NCBI GenBank assembly: GCA_015068345.1
Contig: SVKS01000005.1
Coordinates: forward strand, 1 to 54,954
Source of the DNA: Oscillospiraceae bacterium
Lineage (GTDB): Bacteria; Bacillota; Clostridia; Oscillospirales; QAMX01
Reading direction: 5' to 3'
DNA length: 54,954 nt
The notes under the pieces were generated by a model that did no database searches, was not told where the DNA came from, and worked only from the letters and a program-made list of their open reading frames with translations. Below, piece after piece: positions 38,521 to 47,673 of the stretch. A program made the translations under genes and the position numbers. The first letter of the stretch is position 1, and the number at the start of each line of letters is the position of its first letter.

Positions 38521-39784
38521 ATTCTTTCACCCTTCCGTAAATTCGCAGATTGCAGACGGCATCCACCTTGATTCCGTCTTCCAAGTATTCAAAGGATTTG
38601 ACAATGGCTTCTCGCTTTAAAAGATCCAGAATGGATGCATTGGCATAGGGCAGGTGCAGGCTGACAGCCTTCATTTCCCTGCCAACTTCCTGTTCGATTG
38701 CCCGAAGCAATTCATCTATGTTCTCGCCGGTTCTTGCGGAGATCAAAAGCCCTCCGTTCGGGATTTCTTCCGGCGGGCAGGCATCGGCTTTATTCAATAC
38801 TGCAATGCGCTTGACTCCCTCGGGAGCCAGCTCATCGCAAAGCTTTTCTGTCACTTTGGCCTGGAGCATCCAGTCGGGATTGGATACGTCAATCACATGA
38901 AGAATCAGGTCAGCATATTGAAGTTCTTCCAAAGTCGCTTTAAACGCTTCAATCAAATGGTGAGGCAATCGGCGGATAAAGCCAACCGTATCGGAAATGA
39001 CCACTTCGCAGGCATCACTGATTTTCAGGTGTCTGGTGGAGGTATCCAGGGTATCAAATAGCCGGTTATTTGCCTGGATATTACTGCCGGTCAGCCGGTT
39101 TAACAGGGTGGATTTCCCCGCGTTGGTATAGCCCACAATGGCTACCACCGGAATGTCGTTTTTTAGGCGTCGCTTCCGTTGCTGTTCACGAACACGTCTA
39201 ACATCCGCAAGGGCTCGTTCCAGACGCTGCATGTGGATCCGTACGTGACGGCGGTCGGTTTCCAGCTGGGTTTCGCCGGGACCACGGGTACCGATGGGGC
39301 TTTTACCACCCGATGCAGTTTGACGTACCAAATGTCCCCACATACCGGTCAGGCGGGGTAAAAGATACTTATACTGTGCCAATTCCACCTGGAGTTTACC
39401 TTCGGCGGTACGAGCACGCCCCGCAAAAATATCCAGTATCAGACCACTTCGGTCCAGTATACGGCATTCCATAATCTGTTCCAGGACCTTGGCCTGAGAC
39501 GGGGCTAACTCATTATCGAATACAATCAGTTCGGCTTCCAGGTTTCGTGCAAGCTCCGCAATTTCTCGGGCTTTCCCTTCACCGATGTAGCATCGGACAT
39601 CCGGTTCTCCCCTGTTTTGCAGGACACTTGCTACCACTTCTCCCCCGGCGGTATCCACCAGGGCAGACAGCTCTTCCAGACTTTCCTCGTTGCTGTTTTC
39701 CTCATCATCAAACACGCGGCAATTCAATCCAACGATGATAGCTTTTTCTTTTGTTTCCAGAGTATTCTTAATTTTTTCGACCAT
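38504..39784 (-). CDS. hflX: Ribosome-splitting GTPase HflX
   Basis: ILDIFA.RA.T.EGKLQVELAQ, GPGETQLE, GYTNAGKS, LFDTLD, DTVGF, NKAD. Confidence 0.96.
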   Translation of the reverse strand: MVEKIKNTLETKEKAIIVGLNCRVFDDEENSNEESLEELSALVDTAGGEVVASVLQNRGEPDVRCYIGEGKAREIAELARNLEAELIVFDNELAPSQAKVLEQIMECRILDRSGLILDIFAGRARTAEGKLQVELAQYKYLLPRLTGMWGHLVRQTASGGKSPIGTRGPGETQLETDRRHVRIHMQRLERALADVRRVREQQRKRRLKNDIPVVAIVGYTNAGKSTLLNRLTGSNIQANNRLFDTLDTSTRHLKISDACEVVISDTVGFIRRLPHHLIEAFKATLEELQYADLILHVIDVSNPDWMLQAKVTEKLCDELAPEGVKRIAVLNKADACPPEEIPNGGLLISARTGENIDELLRAIEQEVGREMKAVSLHLPYANASILDLLKREAIVKSFEYLEDGIKVDAVCNLRIYGRVKEFAAEA

Positions 39785-39804
39785 ACAGTCTCCTTATAGG
39801 TCTT

Positions 39805-39835
39805 AAAAAAAGCCGTCTCGATTACTCGAGACGGC
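39805..39835 (-). terminator. Intrinsic terminator after rpmE
   Basis: GCCGTCTCGA-4 nt-TCGAGACGGC followed by T7 on the minus strand. Confidence 0.85.
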
Positions 39836-39851
39836 AATTTTTGAAATAATC

Positions 39852-40052
39852 TTATTCAAGACCGAACTTCTTCTTGAATCTGTCAACGCGTCCGCCCGTA
39901 TCGACAAGCTTCTGCTTGCCGGTGAAGAAGGGATGACACTTGGAGCAAATTTCAACACGGATGTTCTCCTTGGTGGAGCCGGTTTCGATTACTTCTCCGC
40001 ATGCGCACTTAACTGTCGTCTGATAATATTTGGGATGGATGTTCTCCTTCAT
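39852..40052 (-). CDS. rpmE: 50S ribosomal protein L31 (zinc-binding type)
   Basis: [29 protein letters not shown]. Promoter TTGCAA-17-TATAAT at 40084-40112. Confidence 0.97.
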   Translation of the reverse strand: MKENIHPKYYQTTVKCACGEVIETGSTKENIRVEICSKCHPFFTGKQKLVDTGGRVDRFKKKFGLE

Positions 40053-40135
40053 TGCCTTCACCTCTTTCTACATGAACCACATTATTATAGCACACTTATT
40101 TTGATTTTGCAATAGGTATTTTTAAAATCTTTTGA

Positions 40136-41680
40136 TTATTTTTTGCCTTCGTAGCGGTATACTTCCATGCCGTCGATCACCACAGGATAGACGTTCAAAA
40201 TGGAATCATACTTTTCGGAGTAATCGGCTTCCCGGAGAACGGTATCTACATCCACCTTCCAGGCTTCTTCGCCGGCACCCTGGAAATAAACCAGGTGATA
40301 ACCGTACTGGGTCTTCACGATATCGTAGTCGCCTTCCTTACGGGCTTCGTCAAAGATCCAGGCATCAAACTCGGCAACCATGTCACCCTGCTTGATATCT
40401 TCCATCAGACCGCCTTCCACAGCGGTAGCATCGGTACCGTTGGCCTTGGCCAGGGTAGCGAAAGCCTCCTCAGTGGCACCGGCAGCTTTGAAAGAAGCAA
40501 GAAGCTCTTCTGCGCCGCTCTTGGCCTTATTGTCTTCGGTGGTGCTGGTGGCTTCGGTGTTATTTGCATTGAAGGGCACCAGAATATGACGGACATCTAC
40601 TACGCTGTAGCTTTCCTTTTCACGGTTACGGAACAGGTAGAGGGAGTAACCCTCGGTATCTTCCAGGACAGCAATGTCACCGGCTTTGCGGGAAGTATCA
40701 TAAAGCCATTCCGCTCCGCTGGTTTCCACGACTTCGTCCTGACCGTGGGCGGTTTCCAGGAACAGTTCGGCGGTAACCTCTTCCTTGTCTTCCTCTTCTT
40801 CCAGGAGATCCTTGGTGTAGCGAATGGCTACGTTGTTGAAGGCAGTTTCAGAAGCGGTATCACTGCCCCCTGCAATGGTCTCAAACAGTTCTTCCGCTTT
40901 TTCCTTGGCTTCCGCCATAGCATTGGCAGTCACGTCGGCATACTCGTCGTCGGTCATGTTTTCCTGATCGGGAATATCGGCAAAAATCGGCAGAAGCAGA
41001 TATTCAACAGTATCATAGTCATTGACATTTGCTTCATATTCGGCGGTCAGTTCTTCATCACTGTATTCAAAAGAATCATAGAGATGTTCGGAATACTGTT
41101 CTGCAAGAAGAATTCTGGTCAGAGAAGAGCGGATAGTTTCTTCATCCAGCTTGCGGCCGAATACGCCCCTGCTGTAGGCGCCAAGGCTAAGACCTTCACT
41201 CTTGGCGGAGGCTTTCATATCGGCAACGTAGGAATCCACTTCGGCCTGACGTTCCTCGTCCAGAGTAATGCCTTCGGCTTTGGCAGTTTCCGAAAGACCA
41301 ACGGTATCCACCAGGCTGGTACGGGTTTGTTCTTCAAAATACTGTTCCCAGGTGGTATCCTCGTCATACATCTGTGCCGAAAGATCCTTGCTGGTATCCA
41401 AACCAATGCTGGACAGATAGCTGGAATAATAATTCACGAAGCTCGCGTAATTGGAATGGAAGTTGAACTGATATTCATCCTTGCTGATTTCGATGTCGCC
41501 TACGGTGCAGGCAGGACCAAAACCATCGAACCAGTCGTTGCTTACGGCAAGACCCAGGCCGATCAGAATGGCAAATACCAGGACAAATGCAATTGTCCAA
41601 CGCAGAGCGGTTCTTTGTTTCAGAGTAATCTTACTCTTCTTCGCCTTTCCGGCGTCTAACTTAGCTTTTTGCTGACCCAT
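40136..41680 (-). CDS. Membrane-anchored parvulin-type peptidyl-prolyl isomerase (PrsA/SurA-like)
   Basis: Basic N-terminus plus one TM, SurA-like helical region, VRHILV, MVAEFDAW.F, KTQYGYHL. Confidence 0.85.
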   Translation of the reverse strand: MGQQKAKLDAGKAKKSKITLKQRTALRWTIAFVLVFAILIGLGLAVSNDWFDGFGPACTVGDIEISKDEYQFNFHSNYASFVNYYSSYLSSIGLDTSKDLSAQMYDEDTTWEQYFEEQTRTSLVDTVGLSETAKAEGITLDEERQAEVDSYVADMKASAKSEGLSLGAYSRGVFGRKLDEETIRSSLTRILLAEQYSEHLYDSFEYSDEELTAEYEANVNDYDTVEYLLLPIFADIPDQENMTDDEYADVTANAMAEAKEKAEELFETIAGGSDTASETAFNNVAIRYTKDLLEEEEDKEEVTAELFLETAHGQDEVVETSGAEWLYDTSRKAGDIAVLEDTEGYSLYLFRNREKESYSVVDVRHILVPFNANNTEATSTTEDNKAKSGAEELLASFKAAGATEEAFATLAKANGTDATAVEGGLMEDIKQGDMVAEFDAWIFDEARKEGDYDIVKTQYGYHLVYFQGAGEEAWKVDVDTVLREADYSEKYDSILNVYPVVIDGMEVYRYEGKK

Positions 41681-41800
41681 GTTTATTACATCCTTTCAAT
41701 GGGGGTTCATGCGAAGGACGTTTCGTCCGCAGCATAAACATTATTTTACCTCTATTTTTGCTATTTGTAAAGAAAAACTTTTACTATTTTCTCACATTTT

Positions 41801-44800
41801 TTATTCCCGGAACAACTCCAGCATATCATCCTTGTCCATATTGGCCACAAAGGTCTCGCTTTCGGTAATAACCGCCCGGGAAATACTCTCCTTGTGGTGT
41901 TGCAGTTCGAATATTTTGTCTTCAATGCTATCCTTTACCAGAAGTTTGAACACCTGTACGTTCTTTTCCTGCCCGATTCGGTGAGCCCGGTCGGTAGCCT
42001 GGTTTTGTACGCTGATGTTCCACCAGGGATCGTAGTGAATCACCACGTCCGCCGAGGTCAGGTTGAGTCCCGTACCGCCGGCTCGCAGGGAGATCAGGAA
42101 AATGGGAGTTTCATCCTTGTTGAATTCCTGCACCAGCCGCATTCTCTCTTCCGAAGGGGTATCGCCCTTAAGAAGATAATACCGGATTCCCTCTTCGTTC
42201 AAAACGTCCCCGATAAGATTGAGCATAGACACAAACTGGGAGAAAATCAAAACCTTATGCCCTTCTTCCAGACTTTCCCGTACCAACTCCATACAAAGAT
42301 CCAGCTTTGCACTGCCGCCTTCATACCCTTCCAAAGTCAATGCAGGGTGACAGCAAAGGTGGCGGAGCCTGGTAATTAGCGAAAGGATCTTAATACGGCT
42401 TTGTTCGAAGCCAACCCGTTCCAGTTCATCTTCCAATTCGCTTCTGGCACGAGCCAGGTTGGAAAGGTAGACGTTACGCTGTTCTTCATCCATCTCCACG
42501 TATACGGTACTTTCAATCTTGTCGGGAAGTTCTTTAAGCACTTCACTCTTCGTACGGCGCAGGATAAAGGGTTTGACCTGATCCCTCAGGGCTTCAGCCG
42601 TTTCAGTATCGTTGTCCTTGACGATGGGAATCTCGTACTTACGACGGAACTTGGGATAGCTATACAAAAATCCGGGAAGCACAAAATCGAATATGGACCA
42701 CAGGTCAGCCAGAGAATTTTCCACCGGCGTACCGGTCAGAGCAAAGCGGACTTCCGCATTGATGGCCTTCACCGAGGTGGCGGCTTGGGTGGTTTGATTC
42801 TTTATGTACTGGGCTTCGTCGATAATACAATACCGGAACTGTTTCTTTTCGTAAAGCTCCAGGTCTCGCTTGATCGCATCGTAGGAGGTGATCAGTACCT
42901 CCCCCCGGAAGCTTTTCAAAAGTTCCTTACGTTTTGCAACGCTGCCGGAAATCACCGTAACTGCCATTTCCGGCGCAAAGCGTTCGAATTCCGTCTTCCA
43001 GTTATATACCAGGGAAGTCGGAGCCACAATCACAGACGGTTTGTTTCGTTTCTTCTCCTGGGGGATTGAAAGAAGCGAAATAATCTGGATGGTTTTACCA
43101 AGGCCCATTTCATCCGCTAAAATACCGCCAAGGCCGAAATCCGCCAACCCCTTGAGCCAGCGGACACCATTTTTCTGGTATTCACGCAGAATGGACGCCA
43201 GCGGAGTTTCGAAATCGCTGTTTTCCCGATTTCCGGTCAAAAGCTTGAAGGATTTATTGCCGCTGACCTCCACGTCGGGGAATTTGGAAAGCAGGGTATT
43301 CAAATACATACCCCGGTATGCCAGGAAGGTCATTTCCTTTTTGGCCAGCTTTTCTTCATCCAGATCAAAATTCTTTTCCAGTTCGGCAAAAAGACCTACA
43401 TTCTTTTCATCCAGGGTCAGGAAACTGCCGTCTCCCAGACGGTAGTACTTTTTCTTTTCCCGGTAGGCAGCCAGGATTTCTCCGATCTTTTCAAGCGGCA
43501 GATCCCCTCCCACCGAAACCTCCAGAAGACCACCGTTGAGTTTGATTTTCACATTGGGCGTTTTGGGATGGTGGATTCCAATATTCTTTACCGCATCGGT
43601 TACGTAGAGGGTGGCATGAGCCTTAATGGCAGCCATACCATCCAGGAGAAAATCATAGATCTTCTCATCTCCCATGAGCACCAGATTCCCATTGGCGTCG
43701 GAGTAAAATCCTTTTTCCTTCAAAAGATACAGAATTTTCATTTCTCCCACAATGTCCCTGGGAATTCGGGCGGCGGAAAGGGACGCTTCCTTGGCGTAGG
43801 CATCAAAGGTATAGTCCCCATAGGTGAATTTCACCCCGGCTGTCAGATACTCCTGGTTGCCATTCACCCGATCGATATATACGTTGGTTTCCAGTTTGAT
43901 TTTGTTTTTGGATCCTCTGGAATCCTGCAGGCGGCTTTCCAAGCGGTTGATGCTTTTGATGCGGGGCAATACGTAACGGCGAAGCTTGGATTGGGCATCC
44001 GCCGAAAATTGCAGTTGGTTTTGGTTGGAATTGCGTTTGAAGGCTTCCAATACCGAAGCCAGAATCTCACTGGTACGGCCCGTGCAATAATACAGATCCG
44101 CATTCTCTTCGTCCCGGTTGGTAATCACCACCAGGCTGGGAGTTACGCTGTCTTCCATTATGCGGAAGGTGGGCAAGTCATGACTTAACACGATCCCTTC
44201 CCCAGCCTTTTCTGCCAGGAAGTTCACCGGGGGAATCTCATCATGAATGGTAATGTTCTTGACGTTTTCCCGGAGCCCGTGGTAGGAAATGGTCCTTCCG
44301 TCAAAAAGACGGGCAAACCTTCCCATTTCGCAGGTTGGAAGGAAAATGCGTCGGGAATCAGGAGCTGTATTCAGGTTGGTGGCATTGATCCTGCCGGCGT
44401 ATTGCCGGTCGTATTCGGCAAGTCCTGCGGCAAAATCCAAAAGATTTCTGGATTCTTCGTCAAAGCATTCCGGTGTGAATAGCACCGAAAGGCCCTTACC
44501 AAATTCAATCATACCCCGATTGAGCCAGGCACGCCCCATGGCCAGGGCATCCCGGACTATATATTGTCTGCCATTGCCCACGGTGAACTCCAGATAAAAC
44601 CGGTCTCCCCTGTCAAAGGTCAGACTCGGCACCACAGAAAGTCCGTGTGGCACCAGGGCCAGCATATCATCCACATTGGCTTCCCGTTCAAACTTTTCGA
44701 TCATACGGGCTCCGTACAGGTCGGTACGAACCTTCACAGGTTCCCCAGCCAGGGCCTCCTCCAAAAGCTTTTCCAGGTCGTCAATGGGATCTTTGGGTTT

Positions 44801-45175
44801 ATAGTCACCGGTGATCCGGCAGGACTTCATATCATCCCGCAGGAGATACAATACCGATGCACAGTGTTTGCATATACTGTCGCTTTTCTTCTTTCCCCGC
44901 ACACCGGATTTGGCATAGGCCGGGCAATTGCAAAAGCGATCGGTCAGTTTTCCATCCGCATCAAACCGTAGCACAACGTGATACGGAGTTCGAATACTCC
45001 CCTGCACCTTTGCATCCACCCTGCAGCTCTTTTCAGATTCTACAAACAACTCGCAAAGCAACACCGATCCACTTTTGTAGATCGCCTCTCCCCGGGTTTG
45101 ATTCAGGGTGGAAAGGCTTTCGATGGTTCCTTGCAAATGGTTATGGATGCGGTGCAGAATACCTTCGGTTTCCAT
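41801..45175 (-). CDS. SWIM-domain SNF2-family helicase
   Basis: SWIM CNCP...CKH; LADEMGLGKT, IDEAQ.IKN, LTGTPVEN, FSQF, ISLRAGGTGLNL, DPWWN, QATDRAHRIGQ. Confidence 0.94.
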   Translation of the reverse strand: METEGILHRIHNHLQGTIESLSTLNQTRGEAIYKSGSVLLCELFVESEKSCRVDAKVQGSIRTPYHVVLRFDADGKLTDRFCNCPAYAKSGVRGKKKSDSICKHCASVLYLLRDDMKSCRITGDYKPKDPIDDLEKLLEEALAGEPVKVRTDLYGARMIEKFEREANVDDMLALVPHGLSVVPSLTFDRGDRFYLEFTVGNGRQYIVRDALAMGRAWLNRGMIEFGKGLSVLFTPECFDEESRNLLDFAAGLAEYDRQYAGRINATNLNTAPDSRRIFLPTCEMGRFARLFDGRTISYHGLRENVKNITIHDEIPPVNFLAEKAGEGIVLSHDLPTFRIMEDSVTPSLVVITNRDEENADLYYCTGRTSEILASVLEAFKRNSNQNQLQFSADAQSKLRRYVLPRIKSINRLESRLQDSRGSKNKIKLETNVYIDRVNGNQEYLTAGVKFTYGDYTFDAYAKEASLSAARIPRDIVGEMKILYLLKEKGFYSDANGNLVLMGDEKIYDFLLDGMAAIKAHATLYVTDAVKNIGIHHPKTPNVKIKLNGGLLEVSVGGDLPLEKIGEILAAYREKKKYYRLGDGSFLTLDEKNVGLFAELEKNFDLDEEKLAKKEMTFLAYRGMYLNTLLSKFPDVEVSGNKSFKLLTGNRENSDFETPLASILREYQKNGVRWLKGLADFGLGGILADEMGLGKTIQIISLLSIPQEKKRNKPSVIVAPTSLVYNWKTEFERFAPEMAVTVISGSVAKRKELLKSFRGEVLITSYDAIKRDLELYEKKQFRYCIIDEAQYIKNQTTQAATSVKAINAEVRFALTGTPVENSLADLWSIFDFVLPGFLYSYPKFRRKYEIPIVKDNDTETAEALRDQVKPFILRRTKSEVLKELPDKIESTVYVEMDEEQRNVYLSNLARARSELEDELERVGFEQSRIKILSLITRLRHLCCHPALTLEGYEGGSAKLDLCMELVRESLEEGHKVLIFSQFVSMLNLIGDVLNEEGIRYYLLKGDTPSEERMRLVQEFNKDETPIFLISLRAGGTGLNLTSADVVIHYDPWWNISVQNQATDRAHRIGQEKNVQVFKLLVKDSIEDKIFELQHHKESISRAVITESETFVANMDKDDMLELFRE

Positions 45176-45246
45176 TTCTTCGCTTCCTTTTGTTATTTTC
45201 TGTTTTGCTTCTTTTCGCTTTTTCGCACATGAGCACGATTATATAT

Positions 45247-45314
45247 AGTGTACCACTTTTTTTCTCTCATTGCAAGAATTATTTCTTGACTTTTATAGCA
45301 TTTTGTTATATAGT
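45247..45314. promoter_or_regulatory. Back-to-back sigmaA promoters (SNF2 leftward, XRE rightward)
   Basis: Minus strand: TTGCAA(45270-75)-17-TACACT(45247-52). Plus strand: TTGACT(45286-91)-17-TATAGT(45309-14). Confidence 0.6.
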
Positions 45315-45375
45315 ATAGAAAAGAATTCATCTCTGCCCTTAAAAAGGGCCAACGAAAAAAGCGAGGTAAGCATTT

Positions 45376-46008
45376 GTGAACAGAATTCGTCAATTACGCA
45401 AGCAAAAGCACATCGGTCAGATGGAATTTGCCAAACTCATGGGAGTATCCCAACCCACCGTCAGTGACTGGGAAAACGGAAGGAAACACCCTTCCTCCGG
45501 TAAGCTGGTTCGCCTTTCCGAAGTATTAGGTGCTTCCATCAGTTATATATTGGGTTCCGATTTGTATGATGAAGGGGTTGCCGAATCCATCCCTGCCGCC
45601 GAACCCGATGCAGTTGCGCCTGCCCCTGCACCGGTTGCCTCTACTCCCGCAGCCGATCCCCGTGCCTACGAAAAGATTGTCTACGAAAAAGACGACATCA
45701 ATCCCGATATTGTTCCCATCGGTGAAAAATTCATGATGCGCGTCTTTGATAATTCCATGAAACCCCGTATTCAGGAAAACGACTACATCGTGGTCCTGCG
45801 TCAGGACGAAGCCGAAAACGGCGCCCTTATGCTCCTGCAGGTGGGGGGTAACATGCTTTCCCTGAAGCGGGTGGAAACCGAACGGGGCGGCCTGCTCCTG
45901 GCATCCAACAGTCCCTTTTTCCGTCCCGTGTTTTACAGCAAGGAAGACATTCAACGCATTCCTGTCCGTATCATCGGCAAGGTCGTGGAACTTCGGGCTC
46001 TTTTCTGA
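45376..46008 (+). CDS. XRE-HTH plus S24 peptidase-domain repressor (LexA/CI-like)
   Basis: HTH (FAKLMGVSQPTVSDWENG); S24 core RV.DNSM.P.I..ND, LKR, IIGKVV. GTG start after GAGGT. Confidence 0.88.
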   Translation: MNRIRQLRKQKHIGQMEFAKLMGVSQPTVSDWENGRKHPSSGKLVRLSEVLGASISYILGSDLYDEGVAESIPAAEPDAVAPAPAPVASTPAADPRAYEKIVYEKDDINPDIVPIGEKFMMRVFDNSMKPRIQENDYIVVLRQDEAENGALMLLQVGGNMLSLKRVETERGGLLLASNSPFFRPVFYSKEDIQRIPVRIIGKVVELRALF

Positions 46009-46011
46009 TCC

Positions 46012-47088
46012 ATGAAACAGCTTTCCGAAATGACATTGGAAGAGCTTTGGGAACTCTTCCCCATCGTTCTTACCGAACACAATCCCATCTGGAAGGATTG
46101 GTATGCCGAAGAAATCGAACATTTGTCCGGCTTGCTCCCCTTCCCTGTCCTCTTTCATCACGTTGGGAGTACCGCAATTCCTGGCATTTGTGCCAAACCC
46201 ATCGTGGATATTTTAGCGGAGGTTTCCAGCGAAACTGCCCTTGCACAGGCCATCCAGATTTTGCAGGAAAACGGTTATCCTCTCATGAATGCCTCCTCCA
46301 CCCGGGCCTCTATCAACAAGGGTTACACCCCGGAAGGCTTTGCGGAGCGGGTATTCCATATTCACCTGCGGCTTGCCGGCGACCATGACGAGCTATATTT
46401 CCGGGACTATCTTCTGACCCATCCCGAAGCAGCCAGGGAATACGAAGCCTTAAAGTACTCCCTTTGGAAAAGGTTTGAACACAACCGGGACGGCTATACC
46501 GCCGCCAAAACCGACCTTGTCACCCGGTTTACCAAGCTTGGCAAAGACACTTTGCTTCATTCTCCGCGCTTTATTCTCCGTCCCTGGCGGGAAAACGATG
46601 CAGAAGCTCTGTACCGTTACGCCAGCGACCCGGACGTAGGATATCCCGCCGGTTGGCCCGCCCACACAAGTGTTGATAACAGCCGGGATATCATTCGCAG
46701 TGTCTTTTCTGTGCCCGAATGCTTTGCCATTTGCCGAAAAGAAGACGACCATCCCATCGGTGCCATTTCCCTGAAGCTCTTTCCGGCCACCGACATGACC
46801 GAGCGCCCTGACGAATGCGAGCTCGGTTACTGGCTTGGCAAGCCCTTCTGGGGTCAGGGTATTATGCCCGAGGTTGGAAGAATCATTCTCCACCACGCCT
46901 TTCATCGACTTGGCATGGGTACCGTCTGGTGTGGTCACTACGAGGGTAATATCAAGTCCCGCCGTGTCATGGAAAAGTTGGGGTTTACCTATATTGGAAA
47001 AGCTGAGGGGTTAGAGCTTCCTCTTCTTGGTGAAGTCCGTACCGGCCATCTTCTGCGCCTGACAAGTGAGGACTGGAAGGATGAATAA
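46012..47088 (+). CDS. GrpB-family nucleotidyltransferase-fold / RimJ-type GNAT fusion
   Basis: HVGSTAIPG..AKPIVDI, HIHL, FRDYL, Y...K..L, YT.AKT, then LRPW, ELGYWLG.PFWGQG, N..S.RVMEKLGF. Confidence 0.85.
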   Translation: MKQLSEMTLEELWELFPIVLTEHNPIWKDWYAEEIEHLSGLLPFPVLFHHVGSTAIPGICAKPIVDILAEVSSETALAQAIQILQENGYPLMNASSTRASINKGYTPEGFAERVFHIHLRLAGDHDELYFRDYLLTHPEAAREYEALKYSLWKRFEHNRDGYTAAKTDLVTRFTKLGKDTLLHSPRFILRPWRENDAEALYRYASDPDVGYPAGWPAHTSVDNSRDIIRSVFSVPECFAICRKEDDHPIGAISLKLFPATDMTERPDECELGYWLGKPFWGQGIMPEVGRIILHHAFHRLGMGTVWCGHYEGNIKSRRVMEKLGFTYIGKAEGLELPLLGEVRTGHLLRLTSEDWKDE

Positions 47089-47620
47089 GCCCATCGTTTT
47101 GGAGACCCGGCGATTATTCCTGCGGGAATTTTTTGCGGAGGATTTGACTCCCCTCCATAAAGTTCTCGGTGATCCGGAGATTTCCCGCTTTTATCCCTAC
47201 AACTTTGATTTGGCTCGCACCGAAAACTGGATCCTTCGCAACCGAACCCGTTACCAAACCGACGGTTTTGGTCTTTGGGCTGTGATTTTGAAGGACAGCG
47301 GTGAACTCATCGGAGACTGCGGACTGACCCTGCAGCCCATCCAGGGAGAAATGCTTCCCGAAGTGGGCTATCACATCCGCCGGGACAAGCAGCGCATGGG
47401 CTATGCCTCTGAAGCGGCATCCGCCTGCGTTAACTGGGCTTTTGAAAACCACGATTATCCCGCCGTCTATTCTTACATGAAATACACCAATCTCCCCTCC
47501 GCCGCCGTGGCCCAAAAGGTGGGTATGCGGTTTCTCCTGGAATACCCCGACCCTGTAAACACCTTCACCCGGGTTTACAGGATCACAAGGGAAGAATGGG
47601 AAAAGAAACCACTTTACTAA
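47081..47620 (+). CDS. RimJ/RimL-type GNAT acetyltransferase
   Basis: LETRRL.LR, LIGDCGL, EVGYHI, GYASEAA, N.PS..VAQKVGM. ATG overlaps the upstream gene. Confidence 0.9.
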   Translation: MNKPIVLETRRLFLREFFAEDLTPLHKVLGDPEISRFYPYNFDLARTENWILRNRTRYQTDGFGLWAVILKDSGELIGDCGLTLQPIQGEMLPEVGYHIRRDKQRMGYASEAASACVNWAFENHDYPAVYSYMKYTNLPSAAVAQKVGMRFLLEYPDPVNTFTRVYRITREEWEKKPLY

Positions 47621-47628
47621 AAAGCAAC

Positions 47629-47665
47629 GACCATCCCCTCATCCAAAGGGGATGGTCTCTTTTTT
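47629..47665 (+). terminator. Intrinsic terminator
   Basis: GACCATCCCCT-7 nt-AGGGGATGGTC followed by TCTTTTTT. Confidence 0.85.
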
Positions 47666-47673
47666 GATTCCAA

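Noticed and set aside
41710-41735. GGACGAAAC resembling a hammerhead ribozyme core
   Set aside because: No CUGANGA element or three-stem junction nearby; it is a simple hairpin.
45176-45395. Possible SOS box or prophage remnant at the S24 repressor
   Set aside because: No GAAC-N4-GTTC match, and no integrase, cro or structural phage genes adjacent.
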